Counted from the first letter of the whole stretch, positions 1 through 10,510 are shown. The stretch is DNA of 63,974 bases, filler included, from GCA_964501035.1; 7 parts of 7 records of this genome joined end to end with filler, not necessarily neighbours in it; one strand, 5' to 3'. Notes: generated by a model not told the origin, from the letters alone. Translations and numbers: made by a program.

Positions 1-1
1 T

Positions 2-1018
2 GAAATATTAACTTCTTCTACGGTCGTATTACATACAGAAAAATCTGTTGAAGATTTGGAATCTATAGACTTTGTATATACGAACAGAATAATTGAAGAA
101 TTTGACAATATAGTAAATGAAGATCAATACACAGTTTCAAAAACAAAATCTGAGTCAATTGATGCTGCAACTAGTTATTTAGTCACAGACTATAGTTACA
201 TTCTCTACAATGTTGATGCTGAAGGAAATATCAATAAACTCACATATCCAAGTTATTTTCTAATGAATGGGTTTTGGTTTGATGAAGATGACTATGACTA
301 TCACTCATGGTATGAAGAAGATGAGACAAATTCTCCACCTTATGGTTTTTTCTTTGAAAATGATGCAGTGAACGAAACTATATTCTATTCTAGTAGTGGT
401 TCGATTCGCGATGGTGAAAGAATAGTGTCAGATAATACTGTAGAAACTGCATATGGTGAGTATTATGTTGTTAATTCATATTCAGTGGATTCAGATACAG
501 TTACCATACCATTAGATGAAACTATTATTGAAAATGTTTTAATTGAAGATGATTGTAATGATGTGTGGGACTCAGAAAACAATCTATGTTTCATCGATTC
601 AAACAATGATTTGATTTGGAATGATTATTCATTTTTTGGTGGAGATTCATGTTACAAGGTAACTCGTGAAATTTCAATGACTTTGATTGGTCCTGATATT
701 GAGTATAGTGAAAAAGAAATCTCCTGGCTTGTGAGAGGACTTGGGATTGTCAAGGATGATATTTACATTAAATGGCCCGGTTCAGAATACCAGTTTGATG
801 AAGAAGATGGTATTTGTTTTACCGGCGAATATTGTAATTATGCTCGTCTTGAAATGGATGAGTTTAGAAATGGTAGTTTAGATAGGCAAGGTAATTTTGA
901 TTCTTACTTGAATATTCATAGTTTGCAGAATGAGTCTATGTTTGATTTTGAACCATTTCAAAAAAATAGAATGGTTGGGTTGAAGAAAATTAATGTTCCG
1001 GTGATTAATAATGATTAA
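2..1018 (+). CDS. Hypothetical acidic protein, 5'-truncated by window edge
   Basis: Frame is open from position 2 to the stop at 1018; D/E-rich; lies immediately upstream of the TonB-receptor cassette. No family recognised. Confidence 0.7.
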   Translation, partial: EILTSSTVVLHTEKSVEDLESIDFVYTNRIIEEFDNIVNEDQYTVSKTKSESIDAATSYLVTDYSYILYNVDAEGNINKLTYPSYFLMNGFWFDEDDYDYHSWYEEDETNSPPYGFFFENDAVNETIFYSSSGSIRDGERIVSDNTVETAYGEYYVVNSYSVDSDTVTIPLDETIIENVLIEDDCNDVWDSENNLCFIDSNNDLIWNDYSFFGGDSCYKVTREISMTLIGPDIEYSEKEISWLVRGLGIVKDDIYIKWPGSEYQFDEEDGICFTGEYCNYARLEMDEFRNGSLDRQGNFDSYLNIHSLQNESMFDFEPFQKNRMVGLKKINVPVINND

Positions 1019-1531
1019 TAAAAAGAAGATATCAATGATTAAAAATTTTGTATTTAGTTTTATTTTAATTTGTGGAATTGTAATTGCAGGAGCTGATGGT
1101 ACAATTAGAGGAAATGTAGCATTTGAGAGCGAACCGTTGATTGCAACAAATGTTTATATTGCAGAATTGGGGCTTGGTGCAATGGCTGATAAAGATGGGA
1201 ACTATGTTATTGATAATATTCCGATAGGTAATTATAGTGTTACTGCTTCTATGATTGGTTTCAAAACAACAAAGGTTGAAGGTGTAGCTGTTTTAAGGGG
1301 TGAAACAGTTTGGTTAAATTTCAATCTTCCTGTAGCTGCATTGGAAGGTGAAATAGTAATTTTATCTGCTGAAAATGAAGTATTTAAAAAGGATAAAAAC
1401 AAAAATAGGTTTTTAACATGGATTTACAATTTAATAACCGGTAATTAATAATGATTAATAAAAAGAAGATATCAATGATTAAAAATTTTGTATTTAGTTT
1501 TATTTTAATTTGTGGAATTGTATTTGCAGGA
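998..1531 (+). repeat. Direct repeat, 440-bp period: 998-1091 vs 1438-1531 (2 mismatches; 1004-1082 identical to 1444-1522)
   Basis: Direct comparison of the two copies, which cover the start region and signal peptide of both the small ORF and the receptor. Confidence 0.95.
1035..1448 (+). CDS. Stand-alone carboxypeptidase-regulatory-like (CarboxypepD_reg) domain protein; paralog of the receptor N-terminus
   Basis: Signal peptide plus GTIRGNV...DKDGNY...IPIGNYSVTASMIGF, collinear with the N-terminus of the next ORF. Start may be 1011 or 1035. Confidence 0.75.
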   Translation: MIKNFVFSFILICGIVIAGADGTIRGNVAFESEPLIATNVYIAELGLGAMADKDGNYVIDNIPIGNYSVTASMIGFKTTKVEGVAVLRGETVWLNFNLPVAALEGEIVILSAENEVFKKDKNKNRFLTWIYNLITGN

Positions 1532-4500
1532 ACGGATGGTACAATTCGTGGAAATGTGACAGATTTAGAGGGTTCACCTTTGCCTGGTTCTCAGATCTAT
1601 ATTGCTGATATGGGACTTGGAACAATGGCGGATGCAGATGGTAATTATATTCTCTTAAATATTCCAGTTGGGGATTATGATGTTACCGTGTCGATGATTG
1701 GTTTTAAAACGAATGTCGTGGAAGGCGTTTCTGTGTTGAGAGATGAAACGGTTTGGTTGAATTTTAGTTTATCCGTTGCAGCGCTTGAAGGTGATGTGGT
1801 TTATGTATCAGCTGAAAAAGCTTTGGTTGAAAAAGGTTCAACATCTAAAAAGGTAACGGTGGGTAAAGAAGCAATTGAAGCATTACCAATTCGTGATGTG
1901 ACTGAATTATATTCTCTTCAATCAGGGGTGGTAAAAGTTGAAAGCCAAACTCAAGGGATACCAGATCATAATGTGCGTGGTTTAGAAGAAGTTCATGTTA
2001 AAGGTGGACGTGCAGGTGAAATTGCCTATATGATTGATGGTCTATATATTCGAAATCCAATATTTGGTGGAATTGGCGATGTTACAAATTTAAATTTATT
2101 TGCGATACGGGAATTTGATTGGCAGCCGGGTGGCTTTAATGCGGAATATGGAGACGCTATGTCTGCAATCTCAAACCTCCATACTTCAACTGGATCAGAT
2201 GATTTTAGTTATAAATTTAAATATGAAACGAGTATGGTGGGGGCAGCCTTAGGCAATGAATATGATTTGCTGCGAGGAAATAATGAATATAATTTAGGGT
2301 TTGGCGGAAAAGTCCCATTTACACAAAAATTTTATTATTGGTTTTCTGGTAGATGGAGTAATGATGATGCATATAGGGTGTATGAGTTTGATGATGTCGT
2401 TTATTTAAATGATGAATCGGATTATTTCAATGAAGTAAACCTTGAGCATAATCTTAGCAATTTAGTTCAACCGTATGATACTGAGTCAGGATTTAGGGCA
2501 TTTGGTTTTGATAAAGTGTGGGATGCCTATGGAAAACTATCGTATAACCCAACAAATAAACTAAGATTTAACACATCCTTTTGGACCTTATCAAATCACA
2601 GAAAAGGTTTTGATACCAAATATTTATATTGGGATGAAGGTCAAAATGAACTCTTTAGAGATACTTATAGATTTACTGCAGATATGAATCATTCACTGGG
2701 AAGCTCTACATTTTATACTATTCGATATTCCTATTTTCAACAAGATATGTTTCTCGGTGTAAGATGGCAAGATAACGATAATGATGGATTTCCTGATTGG
2801 TTTGAATGGAGAAATGGTATTGATTTAGAAAGTGCATTTGGAATGGACCAATCCACAATATCAGATCCATATAATAAAAATATTGTACCTTATACCTTCT
2901 TAGAAGATTCTTTGGGGAATATAATTATTGATTACACTACTCGAGACATGCGTTCTGGTTGGCATGAAGGTGCAACACCGGGTACGTATAATTGGGATGT
3001 AGCAGAGGGTGAAGATCCCCAGTTGATACAAGAAGCAATTTATAGAGATGGAAGTTATTGGTTGCTTCCTGAAATGTATATAGATTATGCTGACTTTACA
3101 GACTATGATGATTACTATAACACATTTGCACATGACCCATACTTAGCTGCATTAGGTGGTCCCGCATTTTCCAACGTTGACGCTGATTTTTTAGGTGGAT
3201 ATGATGGTGAACTTGACCCATTTTACTATTTACCAACGGTTGCAGGCGAAGGATGGAGTGATGGCCAACTTTTTGGTGGTTCAGATAATTTCTACACCAA
3301 TGCTTCGGCTGTTACGAATGAAATCCGGTTTGATTTAACTTCTCAAGTTTCTGATAAATGGAAAGTGCGAACTGGGGTTGATTTAAAATCACACAAACTT
3401 GAGTATTTTGAAATGAAATACCCATGGCTAGGTGCTGAAGCACGGATAAACTCATTTGCTGAATTTTGGGAAGATACAGGTGAGGATGGATTGATTCAAG
3501 GAAGCCCCGAAGATTTTGAAGATTTAGATGGGAACCATGAATATGATAGCGGTGAACCATTTACTGATGCAAATGGGAATGGCGAATGGGATGAAAAAGT
3601 AGAAGTTGATTTTGGTGAAGGAAATGGTCAATGGGATGCCGGAGAGGGATATACCGATTCCAATAATAATGGTCAATGGGATAACTTTAGAGAACCTCAA
3701 GAATTATCTTTCTATTTACAGAACACATTTGAAGTACCGTGGATGGTAATTAATGCAGGAATTCGTTTTGATGGAGTGAATTACAATACGCAAGTATGGT
3801 CAGATCCGTATGGTGAGGCATCGCCAAACAGACCATGGTATTTTTATGACATTGGCGATCCTGAAGATGAAAGTGATGATGATTTATATGCAGATAATGG
3901 TCAATATGATGAAGGTGTAGAAATTGCAAGTGATACACCACTTCCATATTCTAATCAAACAGTTTTCTTTACTGAAGATCCCGGCAAATGGTATTGGAAA
4001 GTTAGCCCACGGTTAGGTTTTAGCCATGTGATAACAGATCAAGCAACATTTACATTTAATTATGGTGATTACTATCAGACACCTACGTATCAAAATGTGT
4101 ATTTAAACACAAATCGTCAGAAAGATCCAGAAGAATTGTTTGAAGAAAGTGATGAGCAAGTAATTGGTAATTCTACAATGACTGCATCTCGCACTCAATC
4201 GTATGAATTTGGATTTAATATTCAAGTGAATAGAAATTGGGCATACTCAGTGGCTGGTTGGGTGAAAGATATTGATCAATTGGTAACGGTAAAACGCCAA
4301 CGTTCTGGTGTGTATTCATACGATGTTTTTTCCAATGGTGATTTTGGATCAGCAAAGGGTATTGATTTAACGCTGAACAATAGAGGAATGTTGGTTAATA
4401 CATCTGTTCAATATACATATTCAGTTGCAAAAGCAAATAGTGAACATGATTGGGCAGCAATTGGAAACGAAGCATTAGAAGCGCCATTGCAAGAATCATT

Positions 4501-4978
4501 AATGTCTTTTGATAGAACACATGATCTAACAGTATCCATGTATACATTCCTACCCTATGGTATTAACGTGGGGATGACTGGATTCTTTCAATCCGGATCA
4601 CCATATACACCATTAAAACTTAATGGAGATTCCTATGAAGAAGATACAGAAAATCAAAATACTAAGCGGTCACCAAGCTATAAAACCGTAAATCTAGCAA
4701 TTTCAAAATATTTTAGTTTCAAAAAATCTAAAGTTTCATTAGGGTTGAATATTTCTAATGTGTTTAATATTCGAAATGAAATTGATATTTATGCTCTTAC
4801 AGGGACAGCAAATGATCCAGGTAATTACTATACTCAAGATGTTGGTGTTCCATATGGTGGTTCAGAATTTAGTGCAAATGACCCTGGTAAAGCACATTCA
4901 GGTTCGTACTATGATAGACCTTGGATGTTTTCTAGGCCTAGAGAACTTAACTTTTTTGTAAGATTAGATTTTAATTAA
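1475..4978 (+). CDS. TonB-dependent receptor with N-terminal CarboxypepD_reg domain
   Basis: Plug motifs (HVKGGRAGEIAYMIDG, GGFNAEYGDAMS), barrel motifs (INAGIRFD, SPRLGFSH), C-terminus PRELNFFVRLDFN. Start may be 1451 or 1475. Confidence 0.92.
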   Translation: MIKNFVFSFILICGIVFAGTDGTIRGNVTDLEGSPLPGSQIYIADMGLGTMADADGNYILLNIPVGDYDVTVSMIGFKTNVVEGVSVLRDETVWLNFSLSVAALEGDVVYVSAEKALVEKGSTSKKVTVGKEAIEALPIRDVTELYSLQSGVVKVESQTQGIPDHNVRGLEEVHVKGGRAGEIAYMIDGLYIRNPIFGGIGDVTNLNLFAIREFDWQPGGFNAEYGDAMSAISNLHTSTGSDDFSYKFKYETSMVGAALGNEYDLLRGNNEYNLGFGGKVPFTQKFYYWFSGRWSNDDAYRVYEFDDVVYLNDESDYFNEVNLEHNLSNLVQPYDTESGFRAFGFDKVWDAYGKLSYNPTNKLRFNTSFWTLSNHRKGFDTKYLYWDEGQNELFRDTYRFTADMNHSLGSSTFYTIRYSYFQQDMFLGVRWQDNDNDGFPDWFEWRNGIDLESAFGMDQSTISDPYNKNIVPYTFLEDSLGNIIIDYTTRDMRSGWHEGATPGTYNWDVAEGEDPQLIQEAIYRDGSYWLLPEMYIDYADFTDYDDYYNTFAHDPYLAALGGPAFSNVDADFLGGYDGELDPFYYLPTVAGEGWSDGQLFGGSDNFYTNASAVTNEIRFDLTSQVSDKWKVRTGVDLKSHKLEYFEMKYPWLGAEARINSFAEFWEDTGEDGLIQGSPEDFEDLDGNHEYDSGEPFTDANGNGEWDEKVEVDFGEGNGQWDAGEGYTDSNNNGQWDNFREPQELSFYLQNTFEVPWMVINAGIRFDGVNYNTQVWSDPYGEASPNRPWYFYDIGDPEDESDDDLYADNGQYDEGVEIASDTPLPYSNQTVFFTEDPGKWYWKVSPRLGFSHVITDQATFTFNYGDYYQTPTYQNVYLNTNRQKDPEELFEESDEQVIGNSTMTASRTQSYEFGFNIQVNRNWAYSVAGWVKDIDQLVTVKRQRSGVYSYDVFSNGDFGSAKGIDLTLNNRGMLVNTSVQYTYSVAKANSEHDWAAIGNEALEAPLQESLMSFDRTHDLTVSMYTFLPYGINVGMTGFFQSGSPYTPLKLNGDSYEEDTENQNTKRSPSYKTVNLAISKYFSFKKSKVSLGLNISNVFNIRNEIDIYALTGTANDPGNYYTQDVGVPYGGSEFSANDPGKAHSGSYYDRPWMFSRPRELNFFVRLDFN

Positions 4979-4997
4979 AAATAGAATTAAGGGAAAA

Positions 4998-7900
4998 ATG
5001 AAAAAAATTATTTCAATAATAGGGTTGTCAATTGTTTTCTCAGCAATTCCAACGACAGAAACTGGTTCCACGAGTCAGTTTAACTTAAATAGAATTGGTG
5101 ATTATGCCTTTCCATCTAACCCAGTTAATGATAGAGCAATGGGGTATTTGTTAGAAGGTAAAATAAAATCAATAATTCTCAACTCTGGAAATTTTATAGA
5201 TATTGATGTAGATAGGTCTGGATCATGGGAACAGTATCCTGTTGGGCTTTGGGGTAACTATGCATATTTACCTCAGGTTGGCTTAATGTCCGGTGCTCCT
5301 GGGATGCGATATGCATCAGATTTTAATGACTGGACAGATGTTGCTGACGTTGGGAGTAATGTTGTAGTTTGGGAGTCTAAAAGTGCTTATGTAAATTGGT
5401 TTAAAAATGAGTCAATGATAACAGATTCAACAGAAGGATCGTTTGCAGGTATTATTTTTGAAAATTATGATGACCACAAGGGTATAATTGGTGAAAAAGT
5501 TGAATTTGATAATACAATTGAAAACACCTTTGGCTCTGATAACCAATGGGCGTTTAGTCATTCAGATTCTTTGGTATATATTACATTGGAAAATGATGCA
5601 AATATTGATCCTAACAATTCAAACGCATACGGCAATGCAGAAGAAAAAAAAGCCATAGGATTTATTTATCCATGGGCTTTGAGACCAGCATTTGATTCCC
5701 GAAACTCAATACTTGACTATGATACATATCTTTATGATGGGTGTCAAGGGAAAGAAGACCCTTGGTCAAGTTGTGAAGAAGTTGAATATTATGGTTCAAC
5801 GGTATCTGAGTCATGGTTTCAACGTTCAGGTTATGATCTTGATTGGCATCCCGCAAATAAAGCTAGAATAAATACTCATGCTTTAAACTCAAATGCAGGA
5901 GATGTGTTTGGAGCAACCCCTTATACAGATTCAGGTGATGAAAATCCATTATTGGCTCATAGTAAATATTCTGAAACTTGGCCTACAACAATTGATGAAG
6001 AATCAGGTGAAGAAATCTCTTATTGGCCCGGTTGGTATGCTGAGAATTATATTGATACTTTGTCTGGTTGCTCAGGCACAAAGAAAGATCCTGATTGTTG
6101 GCAACAAGATATTGGGCGATTTGTATCTGATAATGATGTATATTTAGAATTTGACGATAGATGGGCGCATCGAGGAAATAGAACAAATAATGCACAAGAT
6201 GCACTGTTAACTAAAGGGTATCCATTAGGGTTAAGAGTAATGGCAACAGGGCACTCTTATGGAGTAGCATTTGCTGAAGACGTTATGTTTGTAACCACTA
6301 AAGTAAGGAATGAAAGTGGTGACTGGTGTGCATTTACTAAAGATTCTCAAGGTAATAAAATATATAACTATATCTGTACAAACCCACAATATTTCACTCA
6401 AGATGAATGTGAGATGTCAGGTGCAACGTGGGAGCAGGAATGTGGCGATGCAATGATTTTACCTGACGGTACAAGAATGAATGGTCGAAAAGGATTTGAT
6501 TATGAGGGTGTTTCTTTAGGTTTTTATTTTGATGCTGATGCTGCAACTCAAGATATAGATGGTGATACGTGGGTGCACTCCAATGATGATGATTTTATGG
6601 AATATTATGATGATAGGCCTGTGATTAATAATGAAGAGCTTATTATAAGTATGGCGATGATTTATGATTACGATGGCATAAGTAGTGGAGCAACTGATTT
6701 AGGAATTGTTGCTGTTCAGCTTTTAGATTCACCTTACGCTACGGATACAATTTGGGTTGGTACTGAAAGTAATCCACAACTATTTAGATTGCCAGGTGAA
6801 AGATTGAAAATGACAGATTGGCATTGGTTTGATTGGTTCCAACGACCAGGTGTGATGAATGCTGGTGCAAGTTCAACTCCTGGAGATAATAAGGAGGCTA
6901 TCCAGTATAAATTAATGGTAGGGGATACAACCAATCTTTCTGAAAATGAAAAGGCATGGTATTTCCATACTCCGAACCCATTACTCGACAATGACTATGA
7001 ATTAGATCCGCATTTTGATTCTTTAGAAGGTCTGGAGTTGGAAGAATCATTTACTGAAGGGCCAGATGGTTTAGATTGTGTTTTAATTTCTAGTTGTGGT
7101 CCTTTTGATTTAGAAGTTGGTGAAGAAGTTCCGTTTTCCTTTACAATCATTTTTGGTGAAGATAAAGATGATCTTGTTAAAAATGCAGAGTTTGCACAAG
7201 TTATGTATAATTCTCATTATCAAGGATATACTCCACCGACAAAGCCAAATATTTATGCAAATATAGATCATGAAAGAGTAGAAGTTACATGGGATCAAAT
7301 TGCAGAGAGTTCTACAGATGTTGTAACTGGATATTCTGATTTTGAAGGATATAAATTGTATAAAAGTGATGATGGTGGAATGACTTGGGGTGGACCTGAA
7401 GATAAAATTTATGATATTGACGGTGTTCATGTTGGGTGGCAACCGATTGCTCAATTTGATTTAACGGCAGACGAGGACTCAACACATTGTATTTATACAG
7501 ATGATGAATGTGTTTCACCAGATAGCAGAGGTGTGGTGTATTCAGGACCAGATCCTTCAGCACCGTGGTATAGCCTAGGTGATGATACAGGATTACAACA
7601 TACATATATTGACACCAATGTTATTGATGGTGTGGAGTACACATATTCAATCACTGCGTATGATACAGGTTTAGACCCAGATTACACAATTTGTTGGGAT
7701 TGCAACCCACCTGATACAGTGTATCATGAAGATGGTTCATATCATTTATCTTTTTATCCTGATACAACTTGGAATACATCTAATCCAGATCACTGGTCAA
7801 GTCCAGATGGATACCAAAGTATTGAGAGCTCAAAGGGTACAACTATACTTGACCCAAGTTTTGTAACCGTGATTCCTGGCTATAAAGCAAGCAATATTAC

Positions 7901-9503
7901 ATTCCCTGAAGCTGAGGAAGTGAATGAATTGTTTGTTGCAAACGAAGGTGTAGTTGGTACTGGGAACAAACACTTTTCGATGGTAAATGTTGAAGACTTG
8001 ATTGATTCTTATATGAAATTTGAAATAGATGCAATCGCAAGTGATGAAGTTTACGAAAATATGGCTGTTGACTCTCCACTGTTGTATGCTTTTGAAGTGG
8101 ATAATCCAACGGATCAAAATCCATTGTATACTTTTACACATACATCTCAATCGGACACATTAGTTGCTGATACACTAAATTATTATTTAGGTTTCCCTGG
8201 TGCTACAAATGTTGACAATGAACTTAAAATTCCTGTGTATAATTTAGAAGCCTATGAATTGCCTTACGCTGACGATTATGACTTTGAAACCAATTGGACA
8301 CAGATTTTTAATGGTTTAAGGTTTAAATTTGACAATATGCCATTTGATAGACCTGAGTTGGATTTTGAAGTTATTGATGTACTAGAATGGGGTCCAGATG
8401 TTGATAGTACTGTTATAAAATCTGTCGGAATTACATTTGAATATCAGTCTTCTGCAGATTATTCTAAAGGTTTAAATTTTAATTACTTGATTGAGTTTTC
8501 TGACACAGCTAGATTAGATACTAGTAAGTTGTCTCCTTATAACTCATCATTTTGTCACCGACATGTTGATCCTGAGACTGGTGAATATGTAGTAAATCCC
8601 ATCAGCGGTTCTAGTTCACAACAAGGAAAAGTAAGTTTCCTACCATTTAGTGTAACAAATTTAAAATCAGAAAATAAAGTTGATATGACACACCTTGATA
8701 AGGGAGTAGAAGAAGATTCAGATTCTGATGGGTACAAAGATTGTATTTGGACTCAAAATGAAAAAGTTTCATTTTCTAAAGATTATATTTTGGTTGGTGA
8801 TGAAATTGAAGATGAAAAGACATTTGATTTATATTTAGATATTGATTTGGAAAAAGCATTTCCAAATTTAGATTTTTCTGTAAACGTTTCAGGACAAGAT
8901 ATTGCATGGAACGAATTAGATGAATATCCTGAAGGATCTTTTGTGTTGTATGAAGGTATGGTATGGAAAGCAGTTGAGGATGTACCGTCCTACATTGATC
9001 CTGATTGGGATATAAAAGTTTATCCAAATGAATTTAGTGACGAAAATGCAGATGAAGTAAATGACAATCCATGGCGTATTCAATATCCATGGAAACACGG
9101 TGATTATGTTGTTGTTAAACCTAAGAAATTTTTTGTTGATGGAGATTCTTGGGTAGTTGATATGTCACGGTTTGGTGAAGAACATGATGTAACCCAAGCA
9201 GAAATAGACCAAGTTAGAGTAGTTCCGAATCCATATATTGCAAAATCTGACTTTAATGAAACAGAATACGTAAGGAAGTTGAGATTTACAAACTTACCTC
9301 AACATTGTAAGATTACAATTTATACAGTTTCTGGTGAGAAAGTTATAGACTTTAATCATGATAATGAATATGATAGTAATGAGTTTTGGAATTTAAGAAC
9401 TATGAATAACCAAGAGGTTGCTCCAGGTTTATATTTATTTACTGTTGAGTCAACAAGTGGTCAATACAGAAAACATATTGGTAAATTTGCGGTGGTTCGA
9501 TAA
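4998..9503 (+). CDS. Large secreted protein with Fn3-like region and T9SS/FlgD-Ig type C-terminal domain
   Basis: Signal peptide; DFEGYKLYKS...YTYSITAYD Fn3-like segment; C-terminus VRVVPNPY...LRFTNLP...IYTVSGEKV...WNLRT...VAPGLYLF...GKFAVVR. Confidence 0.85.
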   Translation: MKKIISIIGLSIVFSAIPTTETGSTSQFNLNRIGDYAFPSNPVNDRAMGYLLEGKIKSIILNSGNFIDIDVDRSGSWEQYPVGLWGNYAYLPQVGLMSGAPGMRYASDFNDWTDVADVGSNVVVWESKSAYVNWFKNESMITDSTEGSFAGIIFENYDDHKGIIGEKVEFDNTIENTFGSDNQWAFSHSDSLVYITLENDANIDPNNSNAYGNAEEKKAIGFIYPWALRPAFDSRNSILDYDTYLYDGCQGKEDPWSSCEEVEYYGSTVSESWFQRSGYDLDWHPANKARINTHALNSNAGDVFGATPYTDSGDENPLLAHSKYSETWPTTIDEESGEEISYWPGWYAENYIDTLSGCSGTKKDPDCWQQDIGRFVSDNDVYLEFDDRWAHRGNRTNNAQDALLTKGYPLGLRVMATGHSYGVAFAEDVMFVTTKVRNESGDWCAFTKDSQGNKIYNYICTNPQYFTQDECEMSGATWEQECGDAMILPDGTRMNGRKGFDYEGVSLGFYFDADAATQDIDGDTWVHSNDDDFMEYYDDRPVINNEELIISMAMIYDYDGISSGATDLGIVAVQLLDSPYATDTIWVGTESNPQLFRLPGERLKMTDWHWFDWFQRPGVMNAGASSTPGDNKEAIQYKLMVGDTTNLSENEKAWYFHTPNPLLDNDYELDPHFDSLEGLELEESFTEGPDGLDCVLISSCGPFDLEVGEEVPFSFTIIFGEDKDDLVKNAEFAQVMYNSHYQGYTPPTKPNIYANIDHERVEVTWDQIAESSTDVVTGYSDFEGYKLYKSDDGGMTWGGPEDKIYDIDGVHVGWQPIAQFDLTADEDSTHCIYTDDECVSPDSRGVVYSGPDPSAPWYSLGDDTGLQHTYIDTNVIDGVEYTYSITAYDTGLDPDYTICWDCNPPDTVYHEDGSYHLSFYPDTTWNTSNPDHWSSPDGYQSIESSKGTTILDPSFVTVIPGYKASNITFPEAEEVNELFVANEGVVGTGNKHFSMVNVEDLIDSYMKFEIDAIASDEVYENMAVDSPLLYAFEVDNPTDQNPLYTFTHTSQSDTLVADTLNYYLGFPGATNVDNELKIPVYNLEAYELPYADDYDFETNWTQIFNGLRFKFDNMPFDRPELDFEVIDVLEWGPDVDSTVIKSVGITFEYQSSADYSKGLNFNYLIEFSDTARLDTSKLSPYNSSFCHRHVDPETGEYVVNPISGSSSQQGKVSFLPFSVTNLKSENKVDMTHLDKGVEEDSDSDGYKDCIWTQNEKVSFSKDYILVGDEIEDEKTFDLYLDIDLEKAFPNLDFSVNVSGQDIAWNELDEYPEGSFVLYEGMVWKAVEDVPSYIDPDWDIKVYPNEFSDENADEVNDNPWRIQYPWKHGDYVVVKPKKFFVDGDSWVVDMSRFGEEHDVTQAEIDQVRVVPNPYIAKSDFNETEYVRKLRFTNLPQHCKITIYTVSGEKVIDFNHDNEYDSNEFWNLRTMNNQEVAPGLYLFTVESTSGQYRKHIGKFAVVR

Positions 9504-10510
9504 TGAGAAAGAATTTTATGAAAAGATTATTTATATTGTTAACAGTAGTAAATTATTTTACATTTGCTCAAACAGAATTGCCTGCAGAAGTTACAAAAGT
9601 AGCCACAGCAGCAGCTAACTGGCTTAAATTAGAAACAGGTGCTCGGAGTATTGGAATGGGTGGTGCACAAGTTGCTGCAGGAAGAGGTATCTCTGCAATT
9701 CCATATAATCCAGCAAGCTTAGGATTTATAACTGGATCAGAGTCATATTATTCCAAATCCTATTATTTAGCAGATATTTCCCATAATGTAATAAGTTATG
9801 GTACACAGGTGACCGCAACAGATTTTATTGGCTTGCATGTGTTCTATTTAGATTCAGGTCCAATTAGTGTAAATACTGAAGAAGAACCTGATGGTACAGG
9901 GGAATTGTATCATGTATTGGATATCTCAATCAGAGGGACTTACTCTAAACGCTTGACAGATAGACTTCGGGTTGGTGGAACGTTAAAATACATCCGAGAA
10001 CAAATATATACTACCTACATGCAGACATTTGCGTTTGATTTTGGTTCAAACTTTAATACAGGTATTTATGGGTTTGTTTTGGGAATGTCTGTAAGTAATT
10101 TTGGACCTGAAGTGAAATTTCAAGGTGAGGGTTTAGATATTGATGATAATACAGCATCACAAACAGATTTTCATCCATTACCTCTAACTTTTCGTTTAGG
10201 TGTCCAAAATGATTTGATTGGAAAAGATAGTGAGTTTTTCAAAAATGAAACGCATAGACTTACATTGGCAGCAGATGGTGTGAATCCTATTGACTATACA
10301 GTCTATGGTAGTACCGGGGTTGAATACTCTTGGAGAGAAACTGCCTTTGCTCGTTTCGGTAAACACGTTGGTCATGATACTGCTGGTATGAGTTTTGGTG
10401 CTGGAGTTACACTGAAAAAGGGTGTTAATGCTATTAGTGTTGATTATGCCTACGTTAATTATGGCGTTCTTGAAGAAACCCACCAATTTGGCCTCAGCTT
10501 CAAGTTTTAA
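9503..10510 (+). CDS. PorV/PorQ-family (UPF0164) outer-membrane beta-barrel
   Basis: GARSIGMGGA...YNPASL, LPLTFRLG, DYAY...THQFGLSFKF motifs; terminal Phe. Confidence 0.88.
   Translation: MRKNFMKRLFILLTVVNYFTFAQTELPAEVTKVATAAANWLKLETGARSIGMGGAQVAAGRGISAIPYNPASLGFITGSESYYSKSYYLADISHNVISYGTQVTATDFIGLHVFYLDSGPISVNTEEEPDGTGELYHVLDISIRGTYSKRLTDRLRVGGTLKYIREQIYTTYMQTFAFDFGSNFNTGIYGFVLGMSVSNFGPEVKFQGEGLDIDDNTASQTDFHPLPLTFRLGVQNDLIGKDSEFFKNETHRLTLAADGVNPIDYTVYGSTGVEYSWRETAFARFGKHVGHDTAGMSFGAGVTLKKGVNAISVDYAYVNYGVLEETHQFGLSFKF

Noticed and set aside
2900..9618. Many 60-115 aa antisense or alternate-frame ORFs inside long genes (also throughout the window)
   Set aside because: They overlap well-supported CDSs and show no motifs; treated as shadow ORFs.
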